A stretch of DNA of 64,000 nt from an uncultured Clostridia bacterium (GTDB lineage Bacteria; Bacillota; Clostridia; HGM11327). Below are positions 19,509-30,274 of the stretch, piece by piece. How positions within the stretch are numbered: the stretch's first letter is position 1; each line of letters opens with the position of its first letter. Made by a program: the position numbers and the translations under genes. The DNA lies in contig CAMEIT010000002.1 of assembly GCA_945918795.1 (NCBI GenBank), positions 42 through 64,041 on the forward strand, written 5' to 3'. A model generated the notes under the pieces. It was not told where the DNA came from and searched no databases. It saw only the letters and a list, made by a program, of their open reading frames with translations.

Positions 19509-19537
19509 ATTATACTCGAAAACCTTTTTTTTGTCAA
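19509..19537 (-). promoter_or_regulatory. Consensus sigma-A promoter of the tRNA operon (TTGACA-N17-TATAAT)
   Basis: On the minus strand it reads TTGACAaaaaaaaggttttcgagTATAAT, ~20 nt upstream of tRNA-Lys. Confidence 0.75.
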
Positions 19538-19659
19538 TACCCTTTTTGCAAAAAAATATATTTTATAATACAAACGCTCGGTTAAGCGCAAGGTGTGCCC
19601 GATAAATGAAAGCAGACAGCGTGAAAATGTTTTTCGTTTATCGGGCAGGGAACATTTGA

Positions 19660-22098
19660 TTACTTGTTTTGTACTTCGGGTATGTGCCAGATGTTTTCGG
19701 CATATTCTCTTACGCTTCTGTCGGCGGCAAAATATCCTGCCGATGCGATATTCATGAGCGCTTTTCTGTTCCAACGGCTCTTCTGAGAATACAGCGCCGT
19801 GACGCGCTCGTGAACGTTGCAGTAGGAATCAAAATCGGCAAGGCACATATACGGGTCCGCAATCGAGTTATTTCCCGATATGAGATATTGCTTCATGAAG
19901 TCGAATCTTTGTCCCGCAAAGCCCGTACCGAGCATATCTACCGCAGTGCGTATTTTTTCACTTGAATTGTAATACGAGAGCGCGTTGTATCCGCTTCTCC
20001 ACAGCTCTTCAACGTCCTCAGCGTCAAGTCCGAACAGGAACATATTTTCTTCACCCATGACATCTCTCATTTCAATGTTTGCGCCGTCTAAAGTCGCAAC
20101 AGTCAGAGCACCGTTTATCATGAATTTCATATTGCTCGTGCCGCTTGCTTCCTTGCCTGCAAGAGAGATCTGTTCGCTTATATCGGCGGCGGGAATGAGA
20201 TTTTCCGCGAGTGAAACATTATAATTCTCTAAAAATATTACGCGCATTTTGTCTCTGAGCGTAGGCGTTCTTTCTATTTCAGCCGAAATACTGCATATAA
20301 GGTGGATTATTTCCTTTGCCATGTGGTAGCTTGGCGCGGCTTTGCCTGCAAATATAAACGTCTGAGGTGTTACGTCGGCATTGGGCGAATTTTTGAGCAG
20401 AGAATACATATATATTATTCTGAGCGCGCAAAGGAGCTGTCTTTTGTATTCGTGTATGCGCTTTACCTGTACGTCGAAAATCGATGACGGGTCCACAAGA
20501 ATATTTGTTTTCTCGGCTATTATTTTCGCAAATTTTACTTTGTTTTCATGCTTTATTTCACCGAGCCTTTGCAAAACGGCGCTGTCGTCGGCATATTTGC
20601 GGAAATTTTGAAGCTGTTCGGGGTCTTTTCTGTAATCTGTGCCTATGCACTCATCAAGAAGCTTTGCAAGCCCCGGATTTGAATAGCAAAGCCAACGCCT
20701 GTGAGCGATTCCGTTTGTGACGTTTGTGAATTTGTCAGGCTCGTAATCGTAAAAATCCTTGAATACGGATTTTTTGAGTATTTCCGAGTGCAATTTGGAA
20801 ACACCGTTTACTTTTGAGCTTGCCGCAACGGAAAGATTTGCCATTCTTACATTTGAATACGCTGTAATTGACATTCTTGAGATTCTGTCCCAGTCGTCGG
20901 GGCATATTTTCCACAGATCGGCGCAGAAACGTTTATTTATTTCCTGTATTATCATGTATATTCTCGGCAGGCGCAGACGGAAGAGGTCTTCATTCCACGT
21001 TTCCAGAGCCTCGGGCATAACCGTATGGTTTGTATAAGAAAACACTTTTTTTGCCGTATCCCATGCTTTTTCCCATGAATATGAGTACACGTCTATAAGA
21101 ATCCTTATAAGCTCGGGAATACACAGCGCAGGATGCGTGTCGTTAAGGTGTATTGCGACCTTATCCGCAAAATTATCGAGAGTGCCGTAAGCCTTGAGGT
21201 GATCGCTTATGATAGTCTGAACAGATGCAGATGCAAGGAAATATTGCTGAGAGAGCCTTAAAAGCTTTCCCTCGGTGTGGTTGTCCGACGGATAGAGCAT
21301 TTTTGATATTACTTCAGCGTTTGTTTCCTCTTCAAGCGCTTTGACATACTGCCCCTGCGAAAAGAGATTCATATTAAGATTTTTGGGACTTTGCGCTCTC
21401 CAGAGCCTCAATATGTTTACGGCTTCGCAGTTATAGCCCGACACCATAAGGTCATAGGGCACTGCCTGTACCTCTTCATAATCCTCATGCTTGAACACGA
21501 GACGGCCGTTTTCCCAACCTTGAGTAACGTGTCCGCCGAATTTAACCGTGCAGGCTTTATCCGAGCGCAGTCTCAGCCATGATTCTGCCTTGCCGAGCCA
21601 TTCGTCGGGCAGCTCTGTCTGCACGCCGTCAAGTATTCTTTGCTTGAAAAAGCGGTATTCGTAACATATCGAAAACCCCGTCACGCTGTATTCTTCCGTT
21701 GTGAGCGCGTCCATAAAGCACGCCGCAAGACGTCCCAGACCGCCGTTGCCGAGCGCCGGGTCGGGGTCCTCGTTTATTATGCTTTCAAGAGAAAATCCCA
21801 TATCGCGAAGCGCGAGTTTATAGTCTTCGAAAAGTCCGAGATTTTCCAGATTGTTTTTCAGCTGAGGACCTATCAAAAATTCAATCGACATATAATATGC
21901 TCTTTTTGCGCCCTGCTGTCTGCGCCTTTCTCTGAATGTACTGCTTTTCTGCGTGAGAATATCGCGCACGCTCATAACGACAGCCTTATACATTTGTTCC
22001 TGTGTTGCCTCCTGCTCGGTTGCACTGAAGTAGCGCGCGAGCTTGACCGAAATGTTTTCTTTTATTTGCTCAACTCTGTCGGGAGATTTTCCGTTCAT
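19660..22098 (-). CDS. glgP: Glycogen/alpha-glucan phosphorylase
   Basis: ~812 aa GT35 phosphorylase (EFLIGPQLKNNLENLG; pyridoxal-phosphate lysine region). The start chosen at MNGKSPD has a GAGGAA RBS. Confidence 0.85.
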   Translation of the reverse strand: MNGKSPDRVEQIKENISVKLARYFSATEQEATQEQMYKAVVMSVRDILTQKSSTFRERRRQQGAKRAYYMSIEFLIGPQLKNNLENLGLFEDYKLALRDMGFSLESIINEDPDPALGNGGLGRLAACFMDALTTEEYSVTGFSICYEYRFFKQRILDGVQTELPDEWLGKAESWLRLRSDKACTVKFGGHVTQGWENGRLVFKHEDYEEVQAVPYDLMVSGYNCEAVNILRLWRAQSPKNLNMNLFSQGQYVKALEEETNAEVISKMLYPSDNHTEGKLLRLSQQYFLASASVQTIISDHLKAYGTLDNFADKVAIHLNDTHPALCIPELIRILIDVYSYSWEKAWDTAKKVFSYTNHTVMPEALETWNEDLFRLRLPRIYMIIQEINKRFCADLWKICPDDWDRISRMSITAYSNVRMANLSVAASSKVNGVSKLHSEILKKSVFKDFYDYEPDKFTNVTNGIAHRRWLCYSNPGLAKLLDECIGTDYRKDPEQLQNFRKYADDSAVLQRLGEIKHENKVKFAKIIAEKTNILVDPSSIFDVQVKRIHEYKRQLLCALRIIYMYSLLKNSPNADVTPQTFIFAGKAAPSYHMAKEIIHLICSISAEIERTPTLRDKMRVIFLENYNVSLAENLIPAADISEQISLAGKEASGTSNMKFMINGALTVATLDGANIEMRDVMGEENMFLFGLDAEDVEELWRSGYNALSYYNSSEKIRTAVDMLGTGFAGQRFDFMKQYLISGNNSIADPYMCLADFDSYCNVHERVTALYSQKSRWNRKALMNIASAGYFAADRSVREYAENIWHIPEVQNK

Positions 22099-22138
22099 AA
22101 ATGTTCCTCTGTTTTTTGACTGATTTTTGTGCTGTATA

Positions 22139-23584
22139 TCACAAGCCCAGCACCTCATTGTACATTTTTATGTACTCATTGGCAGATGCGTTCCATGAAA
22201 AATCGATGTTCATTATTTTCTTTACCAAGCGCACCCATTCTTCCTTGCCGTAATTGTATTGACCTATTGCTTCCCACAGCACGTACAGCATATCATGTGC
22301 ATTATAATTTGCAAACGTATAGCCGTTTCCTGTATCCGTATCTTTATTATAGTATTTTATTGAGTCAAAAAGACCGCCTGTTTCGCGCACGAGCGGCACT
22401 GCACCGTAACGCGAAGCAATCATTTGCGCAAGACCGCACGGCTCACTCTTTGACGGCATGAGGAATATATCCGCCGCCGCGTACATTTTCTTTGAAAATG
22501 CTTTGTCAAACCTCAATATCGCTCTGACCTTATCGGGATGTTCGGCTTCGGCAGATTTGAAGAAGTCCTCATACTGCTTTTCGCCCGTGCCGAGCACCGC
22601 AAACTGCACGTCTGCTTTGAGGAGATCGTGCATAACGCACGTGACGAGGTCTATTCCTTTGTGCGAAGCAAGCCTTGATATCATGACTATGAGAGGCACA
22701 TCGGCACGCTCCGGCAGTGCAAGCTCTTTTTGCAACAGACGCTTGTTTTCGGCCTTGCCCTCGAGCGTGTTGCTGTTGTATTTTACGTACAGATCGTTGT
22801 CAAGCTCGGGATTGTAATATTTATCGTCTATGCCGTTTAATATTCCGCGTATTTTGTCCTTATTCGGACACAGTATGAAATGCAGACCGCTTGAGTATTG
22901 GGGCGTCTGTATTTCTTGTGCATACTTTGGACTTACCGTGCTTAAAATGTCACAGCATTGTATTGCACCCTTTGTGAGGTTTATTGCACCGTTGTACTCA
23001 ACAAGACTTGAATATTCTCCAGGTATTCCGAATACGTCGTAAAGTATTGACATATCGTATATGCCTTGATAGTCTATATTGTGTATTGTGTGTATCGATT
23101 TTATGCGGTTGTATCTTTCGTCGGCTGAAAATGCCGTTTTCAGATATACCGAGCATAACGCCGATTGCCAGTCGTTAGTATGCAGTATGTCAGGAAAGAA
23201 CTTTATTGCCGGCAGCATCTCAAGTATCGCACGGCTGAAAAAGGCATACCGCTCTCCGTCGTCAAAACTGCCGTACATCGATTCTCTCTTGAAATAGTAT
23301 TCGTTGTCTATGAAGTAAAATATTACTCCGCCGTAAGTTAACTTGTAAACTCCGCAGTATTGGTTCCTCCATGAAAGCGGTACCTCAATCTCGCATACAA
23401 GCTGCATTTTGTCGCGGTATTCTTGCTTTATTGAACTATATAGCGGCATTGCTACCCTTATGTTCATGCCTTTCTTCTTTAGCGCCGCAGGTAGTGACCC
23501 CGCAACGTCTCCTAACCCTCCCGTTGCCGCAAACGGTAGTGCCTCGCTCGTTATGTATAATATCTTCGTGCGCTGTTTTTCCAT
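22139..23584 (-). CDS. glgA: Glycogen synthase (ADP-glucose type)
   Basis: 481 aa. N-terminal KILYITSEALPFAATGGLGDV is the conserved GlgA motif. Confidence 0.85.
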   Translation of the reverse strand: MEKQRTKILYITSEALPFAATGGLGDVAGSLPAALKKKGMNIRVAMPLYSSIKQEYRDKMQLVCEIEVPLSWRNQYCGVYKLTYGGVIFYFIDNEYYFKRESMYGSFDDGERYAFFSRAILEMLPAIKFFPDILHTNDWQSALCSVYLKTAFSADERYNRIKSIHTIHNIDYQGIYDMSILYDVFGIPGEYSSLVEYNGAINLTKGAIQCCDILSTVSPKYAQEIQTPQYSSGLHFILCPNKDKIRGILNGIDDKYYNPELDNDLYVKYNSNTLEGKAENKRLLQKELALPERADVPLIVMISRLASHKGIDLVTCVMHDLLKADVQFAVLGTGEKQYEDFFKSAEAEHPDKVRAILRFDKAFSKKMYAAADIFLMPSKSEPCGLAQMIASRYGAVPLVRETGGLFDSIKYYNKDTDTGNGYTFANYNAHDMLYVLWEAIGQYNYGKEEWVRLVKKIMNIDFSWNASANEYIKMYNEVLGL

Positions 23585-23667
23585 AATATTGAAATCTCCT
23601 TTTGTTTTTTGTTTTTGGGGACTTTTGAAAGAAGCCAGTAATAATCTCTTCGAGATTATTACGCAAG

Positions 23668-23886
23668 CCCGAAAACTTTAAAACGCTTCGCGGTTTACAC
23701 ATCTTCCCGCCGAGAGTATGGCGGCAAGATGTGCATTGAATTTACACCTCTTTTTCGGGGTTTTTTTCTTGGGAGCTTTTGAAAAGCTCCCAAACCCGAA
23801 AACTTTAAAACGCTTTGCGGTTTACACATCTTCCCGCCGAGAGTATGGCGGCAAGATGTGTATTGAATTTACACCTCTTTTTCGGG
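23668..23886. repeat. Two tandem copies (23668-23759 and 23795-23886) of a 92-nt highly structured element in the glgD-glgA intergenic region
   Basis: The copies differ at 2 of 92 positions. Each has outer stem CCCGAAAA/TTTTCGGG and an inner 14-bp hairpin CACATCTTCCCGCC/GGCGGCAAGATGTG. The spacer carries the hairpin GGGAGCTTTTgaaaAGCTCCC. A degenerate third copy lies upstream (~23600-23667). Confidence 0.8.
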
Positions 23887-24042
23887 TTTTGAGTGCACCT
23901 TAATATAAGAAAGAAACGTAAACTTAATGGCAATCTGACTTGACGATCATCGGCAAGGCAGATTGTCAACTGCAACGCAGTTTAAAGTTTCGCACAAGCC
24001 TTTTCAAAGGCTTGGCGGGGTACGGGCGGCAGCCCGAAAAAA

Positions 24043-25176
24043 TCAAATCATTGTGCCTTTATCAATGTAAACAGGATTTTCTTTTGTACCGGATGTTTTA
24101 CCGCCATCGCGGAAGACGACGCGTTTATCAGCGACGGTGAAGTCGACTGAAGCGTTTTCGCCGACGTATGTATCCTGGAAGAGGATTGAATTTCTTACAA
24201 CGGCGTTTCTGCTTACCTTTACGCCGCGGAAGAGAATACAATTTTCAACGGTACCCTGTATTGTACAATTATCGGCTATGAGCGAATTACTTGCGCTTGC
24301 GGTAGTGCTGTAACTTGTCGGTGCGGAGTTATGCACTTTTGTGAAGATTGCTCTACCGGGCACATTAAACAGCTCCTCCATATACTGCTGATTATTAAGA
24401 ATATCCATGCTTGCGGAGAAGTATTCTTTGAACGAGCTCATAGACGCCACGAATCCGTTATACTCATATATTCTGAAATCCATTATATCTTTATTCTTCA
24501 TAATAATATCTCGGTTAAAGCTTGTATAATTATGAGCGATAGCTTCAAGGAGCATACTATTGAGGAATTTACGGCTCATTACCATAACGTTCATGTTTAT
24601 ATAATTATAGCCGGTATGATTTTTAGGATGAATTATCATATTTGTGAGGCGGCCGTTTTCGTCTGCTTCAATCATAACACCGTTATGAGATTCGCGCGAT
24701 GTAAAGTCGATATGTTTTGCAACGAGAGTTATATCTGCGCCCGTTTTAATATGAGTATTTATCACGTCATTGAGGTCCATATTACATATTACGTCGCAGT
24801 CGGAGAGGACGACGTAATCCTGTTTTATCTGTTGGAGAGAATGGTGTACGCTTTTGAGTGCCTCCATTCTCGAATTATAGAGAGTATTTACGTTATTTGC
24901 GTAAGCTGTTATATAAGGCGGAAGTATTTTTATACCGCCCGAGTGAAGAGCGAGGTCCCAATCTTTACCGGAGCCTATATGCTCCATAAGTGAGTGGTAA
25001 TTATAATGGGTTATTACTTTAATATCCGTGATACCCGCGTGAACCATATTCGAAAGCGGAAAATCAACGAATCTGTATCTGCACATAAACGGTATCGAAG
25101 CCATTGTTCTTGTGCCTGTCAGTTCCGCTATGTTTCTGTCATGTAAGTTTGAAAAAATAATACCTGCTGCCGACAT
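24043..25176 (-). CDS. glgD: Glucose-1-phosphate adenylyltransferase regulatory subunit GlgD
   Basis: 377 aa ADP-Glc PPase paralog lacking the GGxGxRL catalytic motif, with a C-terminal left-handed beta-helix. AAGGAGG RBS. Confidence 0.8.
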   Translation of the reverse strand: MSAAGIIFSNLHDRNIAELTGTRTMASIPFMCRYRFVDFPLSNMVHAGITDIKVITHYNYHSLMEHIGSGKDWDLALHSGGIKILPPYITAYANNVNTLYNSRMEALKSVHHSLQQIKQDYVVLSDCDVICNMDLNDVINTHIKTGADITLVAKHIDFTSRESHNGVMIEADENGRLTNMIIHPKNHTGYNYINMNVMVMSRKFLNSMLLEAIAHNYTSFNRDIIMKNKDIMDFRIYEYNGFVASMSSFKEYFSASMDILNNQQYMEELFNVPGRAIFTKVHNSAPTSYSTTASASNSLIADNCTIQGTVENCILFRGVKVSRNAVVRNSILFQDTYVGENASVDFTVADKRVVFRDGGKTSGTKENPVYIDKGTMI

Positions 25177-25205
25177 ACTGTTACCTCCTTTGTTTTGACC
25201 TTATA

Positions 25206-26417
25206 TTAAATGTGTGCGAGAGTGTTTGCGTTAATCATTTCAGAGCCTTTTATGACTGTCCCGTCGAGAATATCAAGTCCGCTGCCGAGCACGGCAATGC
25301 CTGCACCGCTTGATACGGGTTCGCCTATGATACATTCCGAGCCGATCTTTGTATCCGTATCGACTATTGAATATTCCACAACGGCTCCGCTTGCAATTTC
25401 AACTCCGCTCATAATAACGCTGTCTTTTACGACTGCTCCCTTTGCGATCTTGACTCCGTTGAAAAGGACGGAGTTTTCAACAGTGCCGTAAATTCTGCAG
25501 CCTTCAGTGACGATTGAATTCTTTATTACCGCGCCTTCACCGACAAAGTGCGGCGGATTTGCATAATTCCTCGAATAAATGCGCCATGAACGGTCATTGA
25601 GTCTGAATGCGGGGGAGTCGCCGAGAAGATCCATATTGGCACTCCACAAGCTGTTTATAGTTCCTACGTCCTTCCAGTACCCGTCAAACGGATAAGCATA
25701 CATTGCCATACCGTCGCCGAGCATATTGGGGATTATGTTTTTGCCGAAATCGTTTGATGAAAGAGGGTCCTCTTCGTCGCGACGGAGATAATCAAGCAAT
25801 ACACTTGTCGTGAATATGTAAATACCCATTGACGCCTTTGTGCTCTTCGGATGCTGCGGCTTTTCTTCAAATTCATATATTTTTTCCGAGCCGTCATCAA
25901 GCGTATTCATTATGCCGAAGCGGCTTGCCTGGTCCATCGGAACGTCTATTACAGCTATCGTGCAGTCGGCGTTTTTCTGCTTGTGGTATTGGAGCATGGC
26001 GTTGTAATTCATTTTATATATGTGGTCGCCCGAAAGTATGAGTACATATTCGGGGCCATAGCTTTCTATGAAGTTGATGTTCTGATATATTGCGTTTGCC
26101 GTACCCTTATACCAATTTGCGCTTTTCTTGCCCTGATAAGGTGGAAGAATCGAAACGCCTCCGTATGTGCGGTCGAGGTCCCAAGGCTGACCGTTGCCTA
26201 TGTATTCGTTAAGCTCGAGAGGCTGATACTGCGTGAGAACGCCTACGGTGTCTATGCCTGAATTAATACAGTTTGAAAGAGGAAAATCGATAATTCTGTA
26301 TTTCCCTCCGAAAGGAACCGCCGGTTTGGCATTTTGCTCTGTGAGCGTATAAAGTCTGCTTCCCTGACCGCCTGCAAGAAGCATTGCGATACATTCTTTT
26401 TTATATTGTCTGCGCAT
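25206..26417 (-). CDS. glgC: Glucose-1-phosphate adenylyltransferase
   Basis: N-terminal [16 protein letters not shown] and [18 protein letters not shown] motifs. AAGGAGG RBS. Confidence 0.85.
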   Translation of the reverse strand: MRRQYKKECIAMLLAGGQGSRLYTLTEQNAKPAVPFGGKYRIIDFPLSNCINSGIDTVGVLTQYQPLELNEYIGNGQPWDLDRTYGGVSILPPYQGKKSANWYKGTANAIYQNINFIESYGPEYVLILSGDHIYKMNYNAMLQYHKQKNADCTIAVIDVPMDQASRFGIMNTLDDGSEKIYEFEEKPQHPKSTKASMGIYIFTTSVLLDYLRRDEEDPLSSNDFGKNIIPNMLGDGMAMYAYPFDGYWKDVGTINSLWSANMDLLGDSPAFRLNDRSWRIYSRNYANPPHFVGEGAVIKNSIVTEGCRIYGTVENSVLFNGVKIAKGAVVKDSVIMSGVEIASGAVVEYSIVDTDTKIGSECIIGEPVSSGAGIAVLGSGLDILDGTVIKGSEMINANTLAHI

Positions 26418-26807
26418 GAATTTTCCTCCTTGTTATATTTTTATATGTTTTTACAAAATGTTTTCAATGAGCTCCGTCTGTACGGACATCATCGTTATTT
26501 ATTTAATTATACAACAACAACGCGGATTTTTCAACGCGGGATTTTATTAAATATGCGTAAAATATATAATATTGTTTGGATAAATAAATTTTACACTGCA
26601 TGAATAAATTGAGATTGACAAATATATAGGCTGATGCTATAATAAAATTACGTGACCGAAAAGTACAGTACCGAATATACATAAAAATTCAAATATGTGT
26701 GCAAAAGTCGGGGAAAAACGGTCAACTCGGGAGAGCATCAAACGGGAATACCGCACGGATTTTTTCGAATACTCCCGAGCAAAATAACTATGGAACGGAG
26801 ACAGGTT

Positions 26808-28985
26808 ATGAACGGATTTTGGATATGCGCCGATGAGACGCCCTCAAAGACGCAGATGTATTGCTTTGAACATAAATTCACTGCAAAAGACGGCGCCGAA
26901 ATGAAGGCAAGCGTATGTGCTGACAGCAGATACAAGCTTTATGTGAATGACGAGCTCGTGTGCGACGGACCGTGCAGAGGCTCGCAGTATATTCGTTACT
27001 ATGAAGAACCCGATATTACACCGTACCTTAAGGCGGGCGAAAATACAATACGTGCAGAGGTAATATTCCTGACTGAAAACGTATTTATATCCGTATTCAG
27101 GGAGCATCGCCCAGCGTTGTGGTTCAACGGAATATTAAACGAGAACGGTCAGACGAGACAGATTTATTCGGATGAAAGCTGGACGTGCCGCAGACTCGAT
27201 TCGATAGTATTCAGCACGCCGCCGGGAATGATGACTTCAATACCTCCCGCTGAATTTGTTTCGGGTGAGGACAGCTACACATCAATACCCGTAAGACGTA
27301 TGTATGAACCGAATATAGAGAACGGTTGCTTTAATCCGTGGGGCGGCAGAGAGCTGTACCCGCTCGGCAAAAGAATTATTCCGTTTTTGAAGCCGGGTGC
27401 AAGAAAACCGTTTACCGTTTCAAAGCAGGATACGGGCTTGATTGACCTTGATGCAGGCGTTTATACGACGTCGCTTGTAGACCTTTGCTTTGAGGGCAAA
27501 AAGGGAACTAAGCTTTACATAAAGTATTCCGAGTGCTATCAGGGCGAGGACGGAGAAAAACGTATGCGCGATGACAGCACGGGTACGCTTAACGGCTATC
27601 AGGATATTATCGTTCTTACGGGAAAGCCGCAAACATATTCAACATTTTTCTTCCGAGCATTCAGATACGTCCGTCTTGAATTTGAGGACAAGGAAATGAC
27701 CTTTGACATTGAAAAGTCGGGTTACAGAGAGTATTTCTATCCGCTTGATGAGGACGGCTCATTCAAGTGCAGTGACGAGCGCCTCAATCGCATATGGGAT
27801 ATTTCAAGGAATACCGTAAAATGCTGTATGCACGAGCTTTTTGTTGACTGCCCGTATTACGAGCAGCAGCAGTACGGAATGGACAGCGCACTTGAAATAA
27901 TGTTCTCACTGCGTATGTCTTCGGATACGCGCCTTATAAAGAAAGCCATAACGGACTTTGTACATTCACAGCTTCCCGACGGAATGCTTCAGGCAAATTT
28001 CCCATCAACAAGCGTGCAGGTAATTCCCACGTTCTCGCTTTATTGGTTGCTCATGCTCAGAGAATATCTCCGTTATTGCGGCGATGTAAGGTTTGTAAGA
28101 AGCCTCACGGGTACTGTGGATAAGGTTCTTCAGGCGTTTGACAATCTTATAAACGAGGACGGTCTTGTAGGACCGACACATTATTGGCCGTATACGGATT
28201 GGGTGCCGAAGTGGTATTGCGGTGTTCCGGAGGGCGGCAGACAAGAGCCTCTTACGGTATATTGCCTTATTTATGCGACAGCACTCGGCGCGGCAGAGGA
28301 GATATGCTCTGCTGTCGGAAGAGAAGCGCTTGCAAAGGAATATGCAAAACGCCGTGATGCAATGATCAAAGCCGTAAACGAAAAGTGCTTTGATGCTGAG
28401 GCTCAAATGTACCGCGATACGCCGACAAGACGCGATTTCAGCGAGCATACGGCGCTGTGGGCAGTGCTTTCGGGAGCTGTCAAGGGAGAAAAAGCAACAA
28501 AGCTTATGGAAAAGGTAATGAACGAGGATGTTTCAAGATGCACATTCTCCATGAATTACTATATGTTCCGCGCGCTTGAAAAGGCGGATTGCTACAAATA
28601 TTCAGACAGACTTATGGCAGGCTGGCAGAAAATGCTTGATTTGCACTGCACAACGTGGTGCGAGGCTCCGGATAAGCCGAGGAGTGAATGTCACGGCTGG
28701 TCGAGCGCACCTATTTATGAGATGTCGGCATTGACGCTCGGTGTTTGCCCGACAGCCGATGGATTTAAGAGCGTAAGAATAAAGCCTGTAACGGGCAAGC
28801 TTGAATGGGCAAAGGGAACTGTTCCGACGCCTTACGGTGTTATCGGAGTTGAGTGGAAAAAGCAAAACGGGAAATTTATACTTGACGCAGTAATTCCGGA
28901 GGCGATAAATATGCCGGTAACGGTAATACTTGAGGGCAAGGAGCCTGTTTGTGTGAATGAACATAAGATCCATATTGAGGCTTGA
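26808..28985 (+). CDS. GH78-like (alpha-L-rhamnosidase family) six-hairpin glycoside hydrolase
   Basis: ~725 aa. The DCPYYEQQQYGMD segment resembles the DCPxRE..GWxGD region of bacterial rhamnosidases. GGAGA RBS before the ATG at 26808. Confidence 0.45.
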   Translation: MNGFWICADETPSKTQMYCFEHKFTAKDGAEMKASVCADSRYKLYVNDELVCDGPCRGSQYIRYYEEPDITPYLKAGENTIRAEVIFLTENVFISVFREHRPALWFNGILNENGQTRQIYSDESWTCRRLDSIVFSTPPGMMTSIPPAEFVSGEDSYTSIPVRRMYEPNIENGCFNPWGGRELYPLGKRIIPFLKPGARKPFTVSKQDTGLIDLDAGVYTTSLVDLCFEGKKGTKLYIKYSECYQGEDGEKRMRDDSTGTLNGYQDIIVLTGKPQTYSTFFFRAFRYVRLEFEDKEMTFDIEKSGYREYFYPLDEDGSFKCSDERLNRIWDISRNTVKCCMHELFVDCPYYEQQQYGMDSALEIMFSLRMSSDTRLIKKAITDFVHSQLPDGMLQANFPSTSVQVIPTFSLYWLLMLREYLRYCGDVRFVRSLTGTVDKVLQAFDNLINEDGLVGPTHYWPYTDWVPKWYCGVPEGGRQEPLTVYCLIYATALGAAEEICSAVGREALAKEYAKRRDAMIKAVNEKCFDAEAQMYRDTPTRRDFSEHTALWAVLSGAVKGEKATKLMEKVMNEDVSRCTFSMNYYMFRALEKADCYKYSDRLMAGWQKMLDLHCTTWCEAPDKPRSECHGWSSAPIYEMSALTLGVCPTADGFKSVRIKPVTGKLEWAKGTVPTPYGVIGVEWKKQNGKFILDAVIPEAINMPVTVILEGKEPVCVNEHKIHIEA

Positions 28986-29329
28986 TTAAAAAACAAATGC
29001 GCTTTGTGAAGGCTTTCCAAAGCGCATTTTTTGTTTTGCGTGGCAATGGGACTTCCCATTATTGCCGATAAAAGCATGATTTTTGCCGAAACGGATTTTT
29101 ATGGAAATATTATGATGAAAAAATACGGATTATATATATGATTGACTTTTTTTGTCAACAATGATATAATAACCTCAAAATAACAAAACAAAAAAGGCTC
29201 TGCCGCGTTAAGCATTGGCACAAGGGGAAGTAAAGTTGCGACAGGGTTTTTTTATTATCAAAGATAAGTCAAAGCGGTATCGGGAAGCATTTAACGGGAC
29301 GCGATATTACTTTGGGCAAGGAGGGAATA

Positions 29330-30247
29330 ATGTTAAATTCACCTGTTTTAGTTGTATTGGCGGCAGGTATGGGGAGCCGATACGGAGGCTTGAAGCAGAT
29401 AGACAAAATGGACGAGTACGGCAACACGCTTATTAATTTTTCATTGTACGATGCTTATAAGGCGGGGTTCAGAGACGTACTTTTTATTATCAGGCATGAC
29501 ATAAAGGATGACTTTATGGCGGTAATGGGTGATAAGCTCGGCAAATTCGATAACGTTGACTACGTTTATCAGGACCTTGACAATTTGCCGTCGGGAATTG
29601 AAATACCGTTAGGGCGCACAAAGCCTTACGGCACGACGCACGCACTGTTCTGTTCAGCCGAAAAGCTTAAAGGTAAGCAGTTCATAACGATAAATGCAGA
29701 CGATTTTTACGGCTACGGCTCGTATGAGCTTGCGTACAAATTTTTGGCAGAGGAAAAAGCACCCGATACTCACGCTATAATAGGCTATGAAATTGCAGGC
29801 ACGCTGAGCAAAAGCGGATACGTTTCAAGAGGCGTGTGCATTACGGATAAGGACTCAAATCTCGTGAGAATCGATGAGCGAAAGAAAATCAAGCTTATCG
29901 ACGGGGAAGGGTATTTTACTCTCGATGACGGCAAAACATTCAACGCTATTCCTCATGAGGCTGTTTCTTCCATGAATATGTGGGCGTTCAACAGGAATTT
30001 TATAGATGAGCTTGAAAGAAGCTTCCCGGAAAGACTTAAAAACGGTCTTGAAGAGCAGCCTCTGAAGTTTGAGGAGACGATTACGGATGCCGTCAAGCTT
30101 ATGATTGAAAAAGAACAGGCAAAGGTAAAGGTAGTGCCTACGGCAGAAACGTGGTTCGGCGTTACGTATCATGAGGATAAACCAATGGTAAAGGCGTCGA
30201 TAGATAAGCTGCGTGCCGAAGGCAAATACCCGGACAAGCTATATTAA
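29330..30247 (+). CDS. Sugar-phosphate nucleotidyltransferase family protein
   Basis: N-terminal LVVLAAGMGSRYGGLKQ is an NTP-transferase G-loop. GGAGGG RBS. Confidence 0.5.
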   Translation: MLNSPVLVVLAAGMGSRYGGLKQIDKMDEYGNTLINFSLYDAYKAGFRDVLFIIRHDIKDDFMAVMGDKLGKFDNVDYVYQDLDNLPSGIEIPLGRTKPYGTTHALFCSAEKLKGKQFITINADDFYGYGSYELAYKFLAEEKAPDTHAIIGYEIAGTLSKSGYVSRGVCITDKDSNLVRIDERKKIKLIDGEGYFTLDDGKTFNAIPHEAVSSMNMWAFNRNFIDELERSFPERLKNGLEEQPLKFEETITDAVKLMIEKEQAKVKVVPTAETWFGVTYHEDKPMVKASIDKLRAEGKYPDKLY

Positions 30248-30274
30248 TATAAAACACAGGAGATGAAAAACGGA

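Noticed and set aside
23668-23886. CRISPR array?
   Set aside because: Only two (at most three) copies of a 92-nt unit, with spacer content that is itself palindromic, and no cas genes. This is a structured intergenic repeat, not a CRISPR array.
26480-26545. Repeated CAACGCGG(G)ATTTT motif upstream of the GH78-like gene.
   Set aside because: Only two short direct copies and no supporting structure. Insufficient to call a regulatory site.
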